A stretch of DNA of 62,190 nucleotides, taken from a virus (lineage: Duplodnaviria > Caudoviricetes). The DNA lies in IMG/VR virus record IMGVR_UViG_3300031787_000118, positions 1-62,190 of that record; one strand, given 5' to 3'. A program made the translations under genes and the position numbers. This document shows positions 16,379 through 26,942 of the stretch, piece by piece; the stretch's first letter is position 1; every line of letters starts with the position of its first letter. A model generated the notes under the pieces. It was not told the DNA's origin. It did no database searches and was given only the letters and a program-made list of their open reading frames with translations.

Positions 16379-18437
16379 AGTAGGAGCAGTTAGAAATCCC
16401 AATGGTCATTGGATTAATGTTGAAGTTTTCAGAGAAGAAGCAAAGCACTTTGAAAAATATGGATATTATTGTCCTGACCCTTGGGGTTCTCCTTCTTGGC
16501 AAATGTATTGGGAAGAACAACTTAGAAGAACAATTGAAGGATATGAAGTAGGTGGAAGTAAGATAACTGGTGACCATTATTTTTACTTAAACTTCTGTCC
16601 TATGATGAGGGTGGAGAAAGGTGCTGGTGGTAGAAAAGCAAAGAAGCTTAGTGGATTTCCTGACTTTTGGGATGGAGATTATAACTATGAATGGGCAACA
16701 GAAATTGCTTATAATGGAATGATTGAAAAAGATGTGAAAGCATTGAACTTAGAGGTTAAGATAAACCCTATGTATTTAGATGGAGGTAGGCATGTAATTG
16801 CAGGTAAGAGTAGAAGGAAAGGTTATTCATATAAGAATGCAGGTAAGGTAGCTAACAAATACAATAATACAAGAGATTCACTTTCTATTATTGGTGCATT
16901 TGAAAAGAAATATCTTTATCCTGAAGGTACAATGGGTATGGTATCTGATTACCTTAACTTTTTAAATGAACATACAGGTTGGAGAAAGAATAGAGATTAC
17001 ATTGATAAACAAGACCATAGAAAAGCATCATTTAAAGAAGTTATGAATGGTGTTGCAATTGAAAAAGGTTATGGTAGTCAAGTAATGGCTTTAACTTTTA
17101 AAGATAATCCTGATGCTGCTCGTGGTAAAGATGCTGTTTATGTGTTGTTAGAAGAAGCAGGTAAGTTTCCTAATCTTAAAGATTCTTACATGGCTATTGA
17201 ACCTACACTTAAAGCAGGTAAGTTTATAACTGGACAGATTCTTATATTTGGTACAGGTGGTGATATGGAAGGAGGAACAGTAGATTTTGCTGAAATGTTT
17301 TATGACCCTGATACTTATAATTTAATGCCATTTGAAAATGTATGGGATGAGAATGCAGAAAATACTAATTGTGGTTTTTTCCATCCTATATTTTGGAATA
17401 TGGATGGATTTTATGATAAACAAGGTAACTCTATAAAAGATGATGCTATTAAGTATGAGTTAGATGAAAGAGAAAGGATTATAAAGAATTCATCTAATGG
17501 TGTAGGTGTAATTCAAAGAAGAGTACAAGAATATCCTTTAAGCCCAAGTGAAGCTTTCTTAACTGTATCTACTAATGACTTTCCTATTACTGAACTTAGA
17601 AATAGATTGAACTTAGTTGAAAGAGAAAAGTTATATGATAAAAAAGGACAAGCTGTTTTTCTTATAAGAGATGAAACAGGAAAAGTAAAAGCAATTCCTG
17701 ACTTAAAAAGAGAGCTAAATCCTGTATGGCATCAAAAACCTAAGACTCTTGACTTAGCAGGTTCACCTGTAATTTATGAATATCCTATTCCTAATTCTCC
17801 TAAAGGTTTATATAAAATAGGTTATGACCCTTATCAACAAGACCAAGGAACTTCATTAGCAGCAGTTTATGTTTATAAAAGTAATGCAGTATTTTCATAC
17901 ACAAGAGATATAGTAGTTGCATCTTATGTTGGTAGAATGAAAACAGCAGATGATACTAATAGAATTGTAGAAATGTTAGCAGAACTTTATGGTGCTGAAA
18001 TAATGCATGAAAATATGATTAGAGATGTTAAGTCTTATTTTGAAAAAAGAAAGAAACTTCACTTATTAGCTGCTCAACCTGATGCTGTAATATCTAAAAC
18101 TATCAAGAATTCTAAGGTAGCAAGGATATATGGTATTCACATGAATGACATGTTAAAAGATGCAGGTGCAAAATATATAAAACAGTGGTTGCTTAAAGAA
18201 AGAGATGTTGATGAAAATGGAAATAAAATTTTAAATTTAGATACAATCTGTGACCCTGGACTTTTAGAAGAGTTAATATCTTTTAATAGAAAAGGAAACT
18301 TTGACCGAGTAATGGCATTTATGATGGTGATGTTTCAGTTAGAGGAAGATGGGGAAAAGAAATATGACCAAGATACAGGTAAAAGTAAAGCAGCACAAAC
18401 ATTATTAAACTCATTTAAAAATTGGTATAAAAAATGA
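16371..18437 (+). CDS. terL: Terminase large subunit
   Basis: Walker A KSRRKGYS, Walker B LLEEAG, FGTGG coupling motif, nuclease GYDPY and FDRVMA. Confidence 0.95.
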   Translation: MSKVGAVRNPNGHWINVEVFREEAKHFEKYGYYCPDPWGSPSWQMYWEEQLRRTIEGYEVGGSKITGDHYFYLNFCPMMRVEKGAGGRKAKKLSGFPDFWDGDYNYEWATEIAYNGMIEKDVKALNLEVKINPMYLDGGRHVIAGKSRRKGYSYKNAGKVANKYNNTRDSLSIIGAFEKKYLYPEGTMGMVSDYLNFLNEHTGWRKNRDYIDKQDHRKASFKEVMNGVAIEKGYGSQVMALTFKDNPDAARGKDAVYVLLEEAGKFPNLKDSYMAIEPTLKAGKFITGQILIFGTGGDMEGGTVDFAEMFYDPDTYNLMPFENVWDENAENTNCGFFHPIFWNMDGFYDKQGNSIKDDAIKYELDERERIIKNSSNGVGVIQRRVQEYPLSPSEAFLTVSTNDFPITELRNRLNLVEREKLYDKKGQAVFLIRDETGKVKAIPDLKRELNPVWHQKPKTLDLAGSPVIYEYPIPNSPKGLYKIGYDPYQQDQGTSLAAVYVYKSNAVFSYTRDIVVASYVGRMKTADDTNRIVEMLAELYGAEIMHENMIRDVKSYFEKRKKLHLLAAQPDAVISKTIKNSKVARIYGIHMNDMLKDAGAKYIKQWLLKERDVDENGNKILNLDTICDPGLLEELISFNRKGNFDRVMAFMMVMFQLEEDGEKKYDQDTGKSKAAQTLLNSFKNWYKK

Positions 18438-20869
18438 TTGAAAGTACTGATGGTAACTTTAGTGTAGGGATGCCTAAGCACAGAGTTTCAAGAGCATTTA
18501 AGAATGCTCAAAATAAACAATGGTACAAACAGAATCTTGACTTTTTAGATAAAAGGTCATTTTCTCAAGTAGGGTTTAATGGGTTTGATACTTTTGATAC
18601 TAATAGTGTATCAGAGTATAAAAGAATGAAAGTTAATTATGACTTGTTTAACAATATAATTAATATTCGTGACTTTGAATATGTAACAAAACCCTTTGGT
18701 GCTCAAGCAGGTGAGTTACCTGCTAACTTTGTGAATAGAGATATAATTTCTCCTAAGATTAAAATGCTCTTAGGTATGGAAATGAAAAGACCTTTTTCTT
18801 GGAAAGTACTTGCTGTTAATGAAGAAGCTACCACAAGGAGAGAAAAGGAAGAAATGAAAATGATGAAAGATTTTGTCATTAATGAAACATTAGCTCCTAT
18901 TAGAGCAGACTTAGAAAAGAAGAAACAAGCTGAACTTAAAGGTAGAGAATTAACAGAAGAAGAAGCTGCACAAATACAACAGCAAATAGAAGAAGAAATG
19001 AAATCTCTTACTCCTCCTGAAGTAAGAAAGTATATGCAAAGGGAACATCAAGACCCTGCTGAAGCTCTTGCACATCAACTCTTAGAATACTTAGTACAAA
19101 AAGAAGATATATCTACTAAGTTTAATCAAGGATTTAAACACTTATGTATTACTGCAAAAGAAATCTTTTGGGTAGGAATTCTCAATGGAGAACCTGCCCT
19201 TTCTGTAGTTAATCCACTATACTTTGATTATGATAAATCTCCTGACCAAGAATTTATTGAAGATGGAGAATGGGCAGTATGTACATATAGATTATCTCCT
19301 TCACAAGTTGTAAAGTTTTTTGGTGATGAATTGACTGAAACACAAATAGATAAGATATATAGTTTCTACAGTCAAACTATGAGTCATGTGGTAGATGCTA
19401 ATTTTACTTTTAATGTAAATAAAGAAGATGAAGGGTGGACTGTAAGAGTAGTTCATTGCACTTGGAAAGCACTTAGAAAAATAGGATTCCTTTCTTATAC
19501 TGATGAAAAGGGAGAAATTCAAGAAACTATAGTTGATGAAGGTTATACTCTTAACAGAACTCAAGGAGATATTTCTTGTAAATGGGAATGGATTCCTGAA
19601 GTATATGAAGGATATAAAATAGGTACAGATATTTATGTGAAGTTAGGGCCTGTAGCTGGACAAGTTAAAGACTTAGATAATCTTTATGATTGTAAGCTAC
19701 CTTACATTGGTGCAGTAATGGACTCTACTAACTCTCTTCCTACTTCATTTGTAGATAGGATTAAAGGTTATCAGTACTATTATGATATTATCATGTATAG
19801 GTTAGAGTTGTTATTAGCTTCTGATAAAGGTAAACTCTTAATGATGAACATTGGATTGATTCCTGAAAGTGCAGGAATTGATACTGAAAAATGGTTGTAC
19901 TTTTTAGAGTCTTCTAAGATAGGATTTATGAATCCTGCTGAAGAAGGAAGTAAAGGTGATGGTTCTATAACTAATGCAGTTAAAGAAATAGATATGTCTT
20001 TAGCTTCTGATATTCAAAAATATATTAATTTAGCAGAATATATTGAAAGAAGAGCAGGAGTATCTATTGGTATTCCACCTGAAGCTGAAGGACAAATAGG
20101 GCCTAATGCTGCTGTAACAAATACTAAGCAAACTTTAATACAAGCATCTCATGTGTTAGAACCTGTATTTGAATTACACAATCATGTTAAGAAATCTGTA
20201 CTTCAAAGATTAATAGATACTGCTAAAGTTGCATATAAAGAAAATCCTGCAAGAAAACTTTACTACATCTTAGATGATTTTTCAAGGAAACTTTTAGATA
20301 TAGATTTTGATTTACTTGAGAATTCTTCTTATGGATTATTTGTATCTAATGCTACTAAAGCACATGAAGTTAAAGAACTTGTATCTCAATTAGCTCATGC
20401 TGCAATGCAATCACAAAAAATAGATTTAAGTGATGTAATTAAAGTGGTAAGAGCTGAAGGAATTCAAGAAGCTGAAGAAATGCTTGAAACATCTGAAGCT
20501 AAGAAAAGAGAAGAAATGCAAAGAGAACAAATGGCAGGTCTTGAAAAACAAGAGAAAATGCAGCAACAAATGTTAGCTCATGAAAAAGAGAAGATGATGT
20601 TTGATAGAGAAACAGGCTTACTGATGGAAAAAGAAAAAACAAATAGAGAGGTACAAAAACAAACTATTATGTCATTAGGATTCTCTGAAGAAAAAGATGC
20701 AGACAATGATGGTAAGTTAGATGTATTAGAAGTAGCTAAACAAGGCATTGATGCTGATATTAAAATGAGAAAACAAAACTTAAATGAAGAACAGTTTCAG
20801 CATCAAAAAGAAGTAGATAAAGAGAAAATAGCTTTAGAAAAGAAGAAGCTTAATAAAAAAGGTGATTAA
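18434..20869 (+). CDS. Portal protein
   Basis: 811 aa directly after TerL; IISPKIKMLLG, WEWIPEVYEGYKIG, coiled-coil C-terminus; crAss gene order. Confidence 0.88.
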   Translation: MIESTDGNFSVGMPKHRVSRAFKNAQNKQWYKQNLDFLDKRSFSQVGFNGFDTFDTNSVSEYKRMKVNYDLFNNIINIRDFEYVTKPFGAQAGELPANFVNRDIISPKIKMLLGMEMKRPFSWKVLAVNEEATTRREKEEMKMMKDFVINETLAPIRADLEKKKQAELKGRELTEEEAAQIQQQIEEEMKSLTPPEVRKYMQREHQDPAEALAHQLLEYLVQKEDISTKFNQGFKHLCITAKEIFWVGILNGEPALSVVNPLYFDYDKSPDQEFIEDGEWAVCTYRLSPSQVVKFFGDELTETQIDKIYSFYSQTMSHVVDANFTFNVNKEDEGWTVRVVHCTWKALRKIGFLSYTDEKGEIQETIVDEGYTLNRTQGDISCKWEWIPEVYEGYKIGTDIYVKLGPVAGQVKDLDNLYDCKLPYIGAVMDSTNSLPTSFVDRIKGYQYYYDIIMYRLELLLASDKGKLLMMNIGLIPESAGIDTEKWLYFLESSKIGFMNPAEEGSKGDGSITNAVKEIDMSLASDIQKYINLAEYIERRAGVSIGIPPEAEGQIGPNAAVTNTKQTLIQASHVLEPVFELHNHVKKSVLQRLIDTAKVAYKENPARKLYYILDDFSRKLLDIDFDLLENSSYGLFVSNATKAHEVKELVSQLAHAAMQSQKIDLSDVIKVVRAEGIQEAEEMLETSEAKKREEMQREQMAGLEKQEKMQQQMLAHEKEKMMFDRETGLLMEKEKTNREVQKQTIMSLGFSEEKDADNDGKLDVLEVAKQGIDADIKMRKQNLNEEQFQHQKEVDKEKIALEKKKLNKKGD

Positions 20870-20921
20870 GATTATGAAAAAACTTTAAGAATAAAACTTA
20901 AGAAATATTAATTTTCAAACT

Positions 20922-20929
20922 TAAATTTG
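20922..20929 (+). promoter_or_regulatory. Bacteroidota -7 promoter element
   Basis: TAAATTTG 10 nt upstream of the scaffold-gene ATG. Confidence 0.4.
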
Positions 20930-20939
20930 TGTTATCAAC

Positions 20940-22040
20940 ATGGCAAAGGAAAAAGAAGAAACAACATTAGCAGATTTTAATTGGGATAATCCTAATGATT
21001 TTTTTGGAAGTGAAGCAAATCCAACTACTAAAATTGAAACAACTACTAACATTAAAGAAGTAGATGAAGACAATGATGGTGAAGAAGCTGATAAACTTAC
21101 TAATCAAGAAGAAGGAGAACAACCTGATAAAGAACAAGATAAGTTTTCTTTTGATGATGAGGATGAAGTAGAAGGTAAATCAACTACACCTTCATCTCAA
21201 TGGTCAAGTACTTACAAGCTGCTTAAAGACAAAGGAATTATTTCTATTGATGTAGAAGAAGGAGAAGAAATTGATGAGGAGAAACTTGCAGAAATAATTG
21301 AGGAAGAAATCCAAACAGGACTTGATGAAACAATTCAAGAGTTTATGGATGAACTTGATGAAGATGCAAAAGCTTTTCTTAAATTCAAAAAAGAAGGTGG
21401 TGACACCAAACAATTTTTTCAGATTTATGCACAAATGAGTGAAGTGCCTGAACCAGGAAATGATGTTAAATCTCAAAAGAAATTCTTAGAATATTACTAC
21501 AGAGTTGTAGAAGATATGGAGGATGAAGACATTGAAGATAAGATTTCATGGATGGAAGAAACAGGAAAACTTAGTAAATATGCAAATAAATATTATGAAG
21601 AGTTTGAGCAAAATCAAGAAAGTATTAAAGAAGACGCTGTTAAAAAGCAACAAGAAATGCGGATGCGTCAAGAAGAAAATAAAAAACAGTTAATCAAAGA
21701 TTTAAAACATACAATAGATTCTGTTACTGAAATTAAAGATTGGTCAATTACTCAAAAAGATAAAAAAGAGTTACATGGCTATATGACTAAGACTGTTGAA
21801 AAAACAGCAAATGGTCAATATCTTACTAAATTTCAAAGTGACCTTCAGAAAGTTTTTGCTGATAAAGAAAAAATGATTTTGTTAGCAAAAATAATGCATA
21901 ATGATTTTGATGTTAAAGACATTAAAGAAAAAGCAAAGACTGAAGTCATTAAACAAACAAAGCAGAAACTTGAGTCAAACAAACAAGGTTCAGTAAATAA
22001 TAAAGGTTCACGAAATAAAGGTCTGGCTGACTTCTTTTAA
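20940..22040 (+). CDS. Acidic scaffold-like protein
   Basis: Very acidic helical 366-aa protein between portal and capsid genes. Confidence 0.7.
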   Translation: MAKEKEETTLADFNWDNPNDFFGSEANPTTKIETTTNIKEVDEDNDGEEADKLTNQEEGEQPDKEQDKFSFDDEDEVEGKSTTPSSQWSSTYKLLKDKGIISIDVEEGEEIDEEKLAEIIEEEIQTGLDETIQEFMDELDEDAKAFLKFKKEGGDTKQFFQIYAQMSEVPEPGNDVKSQKKFLEYYYRVVEDMEDEDIEDKISWMEETGKLSKYANKYYEEFEQNQESIKEDAVKKQQEMRMRQEENKKQLIKDLKHTIDSVTEIKDWSITQKDKKELHGYMTKTVEKTANGQYLTKFQSDLQKVFADKEKMILLAKIMHNDFDVKDIKEKAKTEVIKQTKQKLESNKQGSVNNKGSRNKGLADFF

Positions 22041-22058
22041 AAAACACTTTTTTTCAAT

Positions 22059-23513
22059 ATGGCACAATTAAATAATAAACTAATTACAAAGCAAATGCCT
22101 TGGCATGCTAATATGACAGAGTTGAATCACTTAGGTGCAGCTCTTATGGCAAAGCCACATGTATTTGAATCTACAATGACTAAGCTGTTTACAGCTAATC
22201 GTTATTCAGATAACCCAATGACTTATCTCTTATCTTCAAGTGCAAAGGAAGAAGAGATTTCAAGTAACAACTGGGAATGGAGTTTGAGAACAGCTTCAAG
22301 TCGTCCTTTGGTGGTGATAGAAAATGTAGAACCTGCTGCTAATACTACTCCTGGTAAATTGAAACAAACTTTCAAGTTAAAGCTTGATGAAAACTGGTTT
22401 GTTCCAGGTGATATTATTCATCCAGGTACAAGTAATAAAAAGCTTCAAGTTCGTATTCAAGAAGAACCTTACAGACATGGTAAAGGTTGGGTTTATGTAG
22501 TACGTTTGATGTCAGATAATGGTTCTGATTTCTTACCTGTCACTTACTTGCAACCTGGTACACAATGGGCTAAACTCTTCTCTCAATATGAGGAAGCTGG
22601 TGAACAATCAGGTTCAACTCAATATTCATTACCTATTACTCTTACTAACAGACTTTCTCGTTTCCGTAAGAAGTATCAAATTACAGGTGATGCACATAAT
22701 CAAGTTCTTGCAGTTAAAGTACCTGACTCACAAGGTAAAATGCATGATTCTTGGATGAAATATGCAGAAGTAGAATACTGGCAACAATGGTATAAGGAAT
22801 TGGAAAGAGGTTACTGGTATTCTCGTAGTACTAACTCAGTTCCTGGTGCTAATGGAAGACCTATTTATTCAGGCCCTGGTATTCAAGAACAACTTGAAGA
22901 TTCTCACATCCATAGATATACACACTTAACTGCAACTCTGATTGAAGAGTATTTGATGGACATTTTCTACTCTCGTGTTAAACCTGGTGGACAACGTAAA
23001 ATCAAAGCATTTACTGGTGAATATGGTATGATTATTTTCCATCGTGCAATCCAAGATTGGATGGAGAAAAAAGGTTTCATTCAAGTTGTTGACCAACTCT
23101 TTATTGATAAGACATCCTCTGCTTATCATGAAAATGGACTTGCAGCAGGTTATCAGTATGTTAAATATCGTATGGCAAATGGTGCAGAGCTTGAGCTTAT
23201 CCATAACCCACTTTATGACGATAGAGAAATTAACTTTGAGATTGACCCTGTAACAGGTTATCCAACTGAATCTATGCGTTTTACTTTCTTAGACTTTAGT
23301 GGTCAAGGTTATGAAAGTAATGTAAAACGTATTAAGAAAAAAGGTGGTATGTCTTTGATTTACACAGCAGGTTTGGTTACACCTTTTGGCCCTGTAAATA
23401 ATAAACTTGCTTCTCACTCAGGTGACTACTATGAGATGCATGTTAAAGACCAATGTGGAATACATCTTGAAGATGTATCTCGTTGTGGTGAACTTATTCT
23501 TGCTCGCGGATAA
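22059..23513 (+). CDS. Major capsid protein
   Basis: 484 aa, position after scaffold, followed by a strong terminator; crAss MCP-like segments (GPGIQEQL, FTGEYG, HNPLYD). Confidence 0.88.
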   Translation: MAQLNNKLITKQMPWHANMTELNHLGAALMAKPHVFESTMTKLFTANRYSDNPMTYLLSSSAKEEEISSNNWEWSLRTASSRPLVVIENVEPAANTTPGKLKQTFKLKLDENWFVPGDIIHPGTSNKKLQVRIQEEPYRHGKGWVYVVRLMSDNGSDFLPVTYLQPGTQWAKLFSQYEEAGEQSGSTQYSLPITLTNRLSRFRKKYQITGDAHNQVLAVKVPDSQGKMHDSWMKYAEVEYWQQWYKELERGYWYSRSTNSVPGANGRPIYSGPGIQEQLEDSHIHRYTHLTATLIEEYLMDIFYSRVKPGGQRKIKAFTGEYGMIIFHRAIQDWMEKKGFIQVVDQLFIDKTSSAYHENGLAAGYQYVKYRMANGAELELIHNPLYDDREINFEIDPVTGYPTESMRFTFLDFSGQGYESNVKRIKKKGGMSLIYTAGLVTPFGPVNNKLASHSGDYYEMHVKDQCGIHLEDVSRCGELILARG

Positions 23514-23530
23514 TTGTGATTTTAGTTTGA

Positions 23531-23566
23531 AAAGGAGGAATTAATCCTTCCTCCTTTTTTTATTTT
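23531..23566 (+). terminator. Intrinsic terminator after MCP
   Basis: AAAGGAGGAA-TTAATCC-TTCCTCCTTT then a T-run. Confidence 0.85.
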
Positions 23567-23587
23567 TATACTTCAAATCTTTTTAAA

Positions 23588-24394
23588 ATGAAAAATCCAA
23601 ATATTGTAGAATTACGTCCTATTGCAAATGTAAAAAAATGGCATGGAAAAGAAGGTAAAGATTCATTTACTCAAGACCATGCAAGTCAAATTCTTTATGA
23701 TTCAAGAACAGGTAAATATGCTACTGGCTTAACTGAACAAGAAGCAAAAGAATATGGTGCTAAATTAGGATTAGACCTAAGTGATATGTTTAATCCCTTA
23801 ACACCTCATCCATTTTGGGGTACTAAAGCTGCTCAATTAAAGTTTCCTAATAAGACACTTATCTTTGACATTACTAAACCAATGGATTTTATTAAAGTTA
23901 AAGCTTATAAAGTTTCTCCATTTGTAGCTAACTCTGAAAAAGAATTACAAGATGGTATGTGGCCTGAAGCTACTCACATTCTATATGATGAAAGTGAACA
24001 CGTAGAAATTGAAGCTCACAAAATGAATAAAAAGTTAGAAGCATATAAACTTGTTGACAAACTTACTAAAGAACAAAAAACTTCAATGATCCAAATTCTT
24101 TTAGATGTTTCAGTAAGAAATCAATCTAATGATTATATTGATGTTAAGTTAGGTGAGTTAATTGAAAGTGACCTTATTAATGATTTTATCAAACTTGCTA
24201 AATCAGATAAAAAAACACTTTTTGTTAAAGGTTTAGTTACTGAAGCTATCTATAAAAATATACTTACAAAAGAAGGTGCAGGTATTTATTATATGGGAGA
24301 TATTCTTGGTCACTCAATTGATGAAGTAGTTGAATACTTTGCTAATCCTCAAAACCAAGAAATTAAAGCAAGAATTCTTGAAAAAATTAATTAG
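23588..24394 (+). CDS. Conserved crAss-like protein following MCP
   Basis: 268 aa; syntenic position. Confidence 0.7.
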   Translation: MKNPNIVELRPIANVKKWHGKEGKDSFTQDHASQILYDSRTGKYATGLTEQEAKEYGAKLGLDLSDMFNPLTPHPFWGTKAAQLKFPNKTLIFDITKPMDFIKVKAYKVSPFVANSEKELQDGMWPEATHILYDESEHVEIEAHKMNKKLEAYKLVDKLTKEQKTSMIQILLDVSVRNQSNDYIDVKLGELIESDLINDFIKLAKSDKKTLFVKGLVTEAIYKNILTKEGAGIYYMGDILGHSIDEVVEYFANPQNQEIKARILEKIN

Positions 24395-24413
24395 TCTAAA
24401 ATAAGCAGTTGTT

Positions 24414-25133
24414 ATGGATATCCGAGGAATGCAGTATGATGTAAAGACTAAACTGAATAAAGTTGATTCTCAACAATACAGGAATTTAAGAGTTCCTGAA
24501 ATTGATTGGGCATTAAATGAAGCTCAAGAAGTTTTTATTAAACTCATTGCAGAACCAAGAAATAAAAATGGATTTGGATTTGAAGTGAATCAGAGGAGTA
24601 TTGATGATATTCGTACTTTGGTAGTGAATGAACTTACTCCTCTTTCTGCTGCTGTTTTTAATACTACTTCTTATGAAGTACTCTTACCAAACAATTATAT
24701 GTTTTTCATTTCAGGTTATGCTTGTATAACTAAAGGAAATTGTGAAAACATTCAATCAAGATTGTTTGTAAAGCAACATGATGACATGCATGAAGAATCT
24801 CCTTTTGATTCAAGCTCCTTTGAATGGAGAGAAATCAATTGTAGATTTTTTGAAAGTGGACTCAGAGTGTTTACTGATGGAACCTTTATTATTGAATCTA
24901 TATGCGAATTTAATTACATTAGGAAACCTGCCTATATCCATAATGCTCAAGATTATGTAGGGGGAACTTACAATTTACCTGATGGTACTGTATTAACAGG
25001 AAGTCAAGATTGTGAATTACCTGAACATACTCATAGAGAAATTGTAGATTTAGCTGTACTTATTCTTACAGGACAAATGCAGATTCCTGATTTTCAAATC
25101 AAACAACAAAAGATTTCTCTTTTGAACAATTAA
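24414..25133 (+). CDS. Tail ring / head-tail adaptor protein
   Basis: EIDWALNEAQ, YIRKP, CELPEHTHREIVDLAV motifs typical of crAss ring proteins. Confidence 0.75.
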   Translation: MDIRGMQYDVKTKLNKVDSQQYRNLRVPEIDWALNEAQEVFIKLIAEPRNKNGFGFEVNQRSIDDIRTLVVNELTPLSAAVFNTTSYEVLLPNNYMFFISGYACITKGNCENIQSRLFVKQHDDMHEESPFDSSSFEWREINCRFFESGLRVFTDGTFIIESICEFNYIRKPAYIHNAQDYVGGTYNLPDGTVLTGSQDCELPEHTHREIVDLAVLILTGQMQIPDFQIKQQKISLLNN

Positions 25134-25147
25134 AAATTTATTAAAAA

Positions 25148-26326
25148 ATGAGTGCAAATAATCCTGTATTTCAAGTCCTTATCCCAACAGGTGACCAAGC
25201 TGTTTTAGCAGCAGGCAGTAGAGTTACAGCTTTAGCTGTTGGACAAATAGGTGTGTTTTCTGCTGAAACAGGTCTTTCTTTAAATGCTGCTGGTGTAGCA
25301 AATGAAAGAGCTATTTTCTTAGCTGTAGGTGTTGATGAAGATGGTGATACTGTAATGGATAGCATTAGAGTTTCAGCAGGTCAAAACATTCAAAGAAAAG
25401 GTGTAACAGATTATACCCTAAGATGTTATAATCCTGAAAGAGCACACATTGTAGATATTACTGATTTTAGTGGTATTCAATGTGAAAGTTCTTACACTTT
25501 CAAAGTAGAGTTTAGAGGTAATACTCAAGCTTATCAAAATTATGGCTTTAACCAATTTGCTAAAACATTCTCTGTAAGAACAGGATGTTGTGGTGCAGGT
25601 TGTGATTGCCCTGATGGAGATTGCAATGAACTTGCTGAATTGTTTGTTAATGCAGTTAATGCTGATACTGATGGCATTGTTAAAGCTGACTATCTTGACT
25701 TCACTACTACTCCAGGTAGCCCTGTTGTTGTAGCTGCTGCTGGAGTTGATGCTTGGATTGTTGCTAACCCAGGCTTATGCTTAGGTGTAAGATTAACAAG
25801 TGTAGCTTCTAAATTGTATGCTTACTGTAATATTCCTTTGCGTTATTACAAAATGCGTCAATTTAAAATGACAGTATCTGTTTTAGAACCATTGAGTTGC
25901 AAAGCAGTTACAGCTACTTTCCAAGAACCTTCTTTTGGTGAAGGTCAAGGTACTGATATTGGATGGTTAGAATATGAAGCAGGTGGATGGAATGGAAAAC
26001 CAGGCCCATACAGAGTAGGTGAACTTGTTGGTACAGCACTTGGAGAATTTGAAAGATTCTCTACTAATGGTGCTATTTACAATCAAGTAAATCTTCATTA
26101 CATGAATGAGGTAGTAGCAGGTTGGGAACAAAACAAATCTAAACTTAACACTATTATTGCTATTCCATGTACTAATGGTGCTAATGTTACTCTTACTGCA
26201 TTGCTCACAATCTTAGATGCCTTTACTGATAACTTTGATGCTTTGGTAGATGATGTAGCATTGTGTACTTGTAATACAGTTGCATTTACATCTGCTGCAA
26301 GTGTAACCACTGATGGTATTGGTTAA
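25148..26326 (+). CDS. Structural protein, probable auxiliary capsid protein
   Basis: 392 aa, followed by its own terminator; syntenic with the crAss auxiliary capsid gene. Confidence 0.6.
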   Translation: MSANNPVFQVLIPTGDQAVLAAGSRVTALAVGQIGVFSAETGLSLNAAGVANERAIFLAVGVDEDGDTVMDSIRVSAGQNIQRKGVTDYTLRCYNPERAHIVDITDFSGIQCESSYTFKVEFRGNTQAYQNYGFNQFAKTFSVRTGCCGAGCDCPDGDCNELAELFVNAVNADTDGIVKADYLDFTTTPGSPVVVAAAGVDAWIVANPGLCLGVRLTSVASKLYAYCNIPLRYYKMRQFKMTVSVLEPLSCKAVTATFQEPSFGEGQGTDIGWLEYEAGGWNGKPGPYRVGELVGTALGEFERFSTNGAIYNQVNLHYMNEVVAGWEQNKSKLNTIIAIPCTNGANVTLTALLTILDAFTDNFDALVDDVALCTCNTVAFTSAASVTTDGIG

Positions 26327-26350
26327 TCAATAAAAATTATTATCCTATAA

Positions 26351-26388
26351 AAAGGGAGGGAATTAACTCTCTCCCTTTTTTTTATTTT
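26351..26388 (+). terminator. Intrinsic terminator
   Basis: AAAGGGAGGG-AATTAACT-CTCTCCCTTT then a T-run. Confidence 0.85.
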
Positions 26389-26412
26389 CTAACTTGATTC
26401 AATTTAAGTGAA

Positions 26413-26925
26413 ATGTCATATCAATTAACAAAAGAAATAAAGCAACAAATTGCTTGCTGCACTAAAGATTTAAGAGATGCAGTTACTTTAATAGAAACTT
26501 CATTAGACCCAACTAATGAAAATGAATTTGTACTAACAAGACCTAATGGTGAACCATTTGAAACTAATGTTGATGGTCAAGCTATTGTAGGTATGTCTGA
26601 TGTACCTAAAGTAAATGATGAGTACTTAACAGGTGAAATGTACAATGGTCTTCCTGTATATGCTTCTCAAATTGAAGTTAACTTAAATGGTGCTTCTCCT
26701 GCAAATCCTTCACTGTTTGTATTTGATACTCTTATTAGTGCTGATTTAATATTTGTAACTTCAGCAGGTGCCCAATATCATTTAGGTAGTCCAAGTGCAG
26801 CATTAGTTGCAATATGTGATGCTTATGCTTTTATTACAAATGCAGGTGCATTAACTGTAGAATGGAGTACAGTACATGCAGCAGGTAATAAATTGAGAAT
26901 GTTTTTACGTTATACTCGTGTTTAA
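26413..26925 (+). CDS. Putative virion/fibre protein
   Basis: 170 aa, beta-rich C-terminal domain ending YTRV. Confidence 0.55.
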   Translation: MSYQLTKEIKQQIACCTKDLRDAVTLIETSLDPTNENEFVLTRPNGEPFETNVDGQAIVGMSDVPKVNDEYLTGEMYNGLPVYASQIEVNLNGASPANPSLFVFDTLISADLIFVTSAGAQYHLGSPSAALVAICDAYAFITNAGALTVEWSTVHAAGNKLRMFLRYTRV

Positions 26926-26942
26926 ATAAAACAAATCACTAA

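Noticed and set aside
196-23513. Inteins or introns in polymerase, terminase, portal or capsid genes
   Set aside because: Lengths look normal, motifs are contiguous, and no intein termini or LAGLIDADG blocks were seen.
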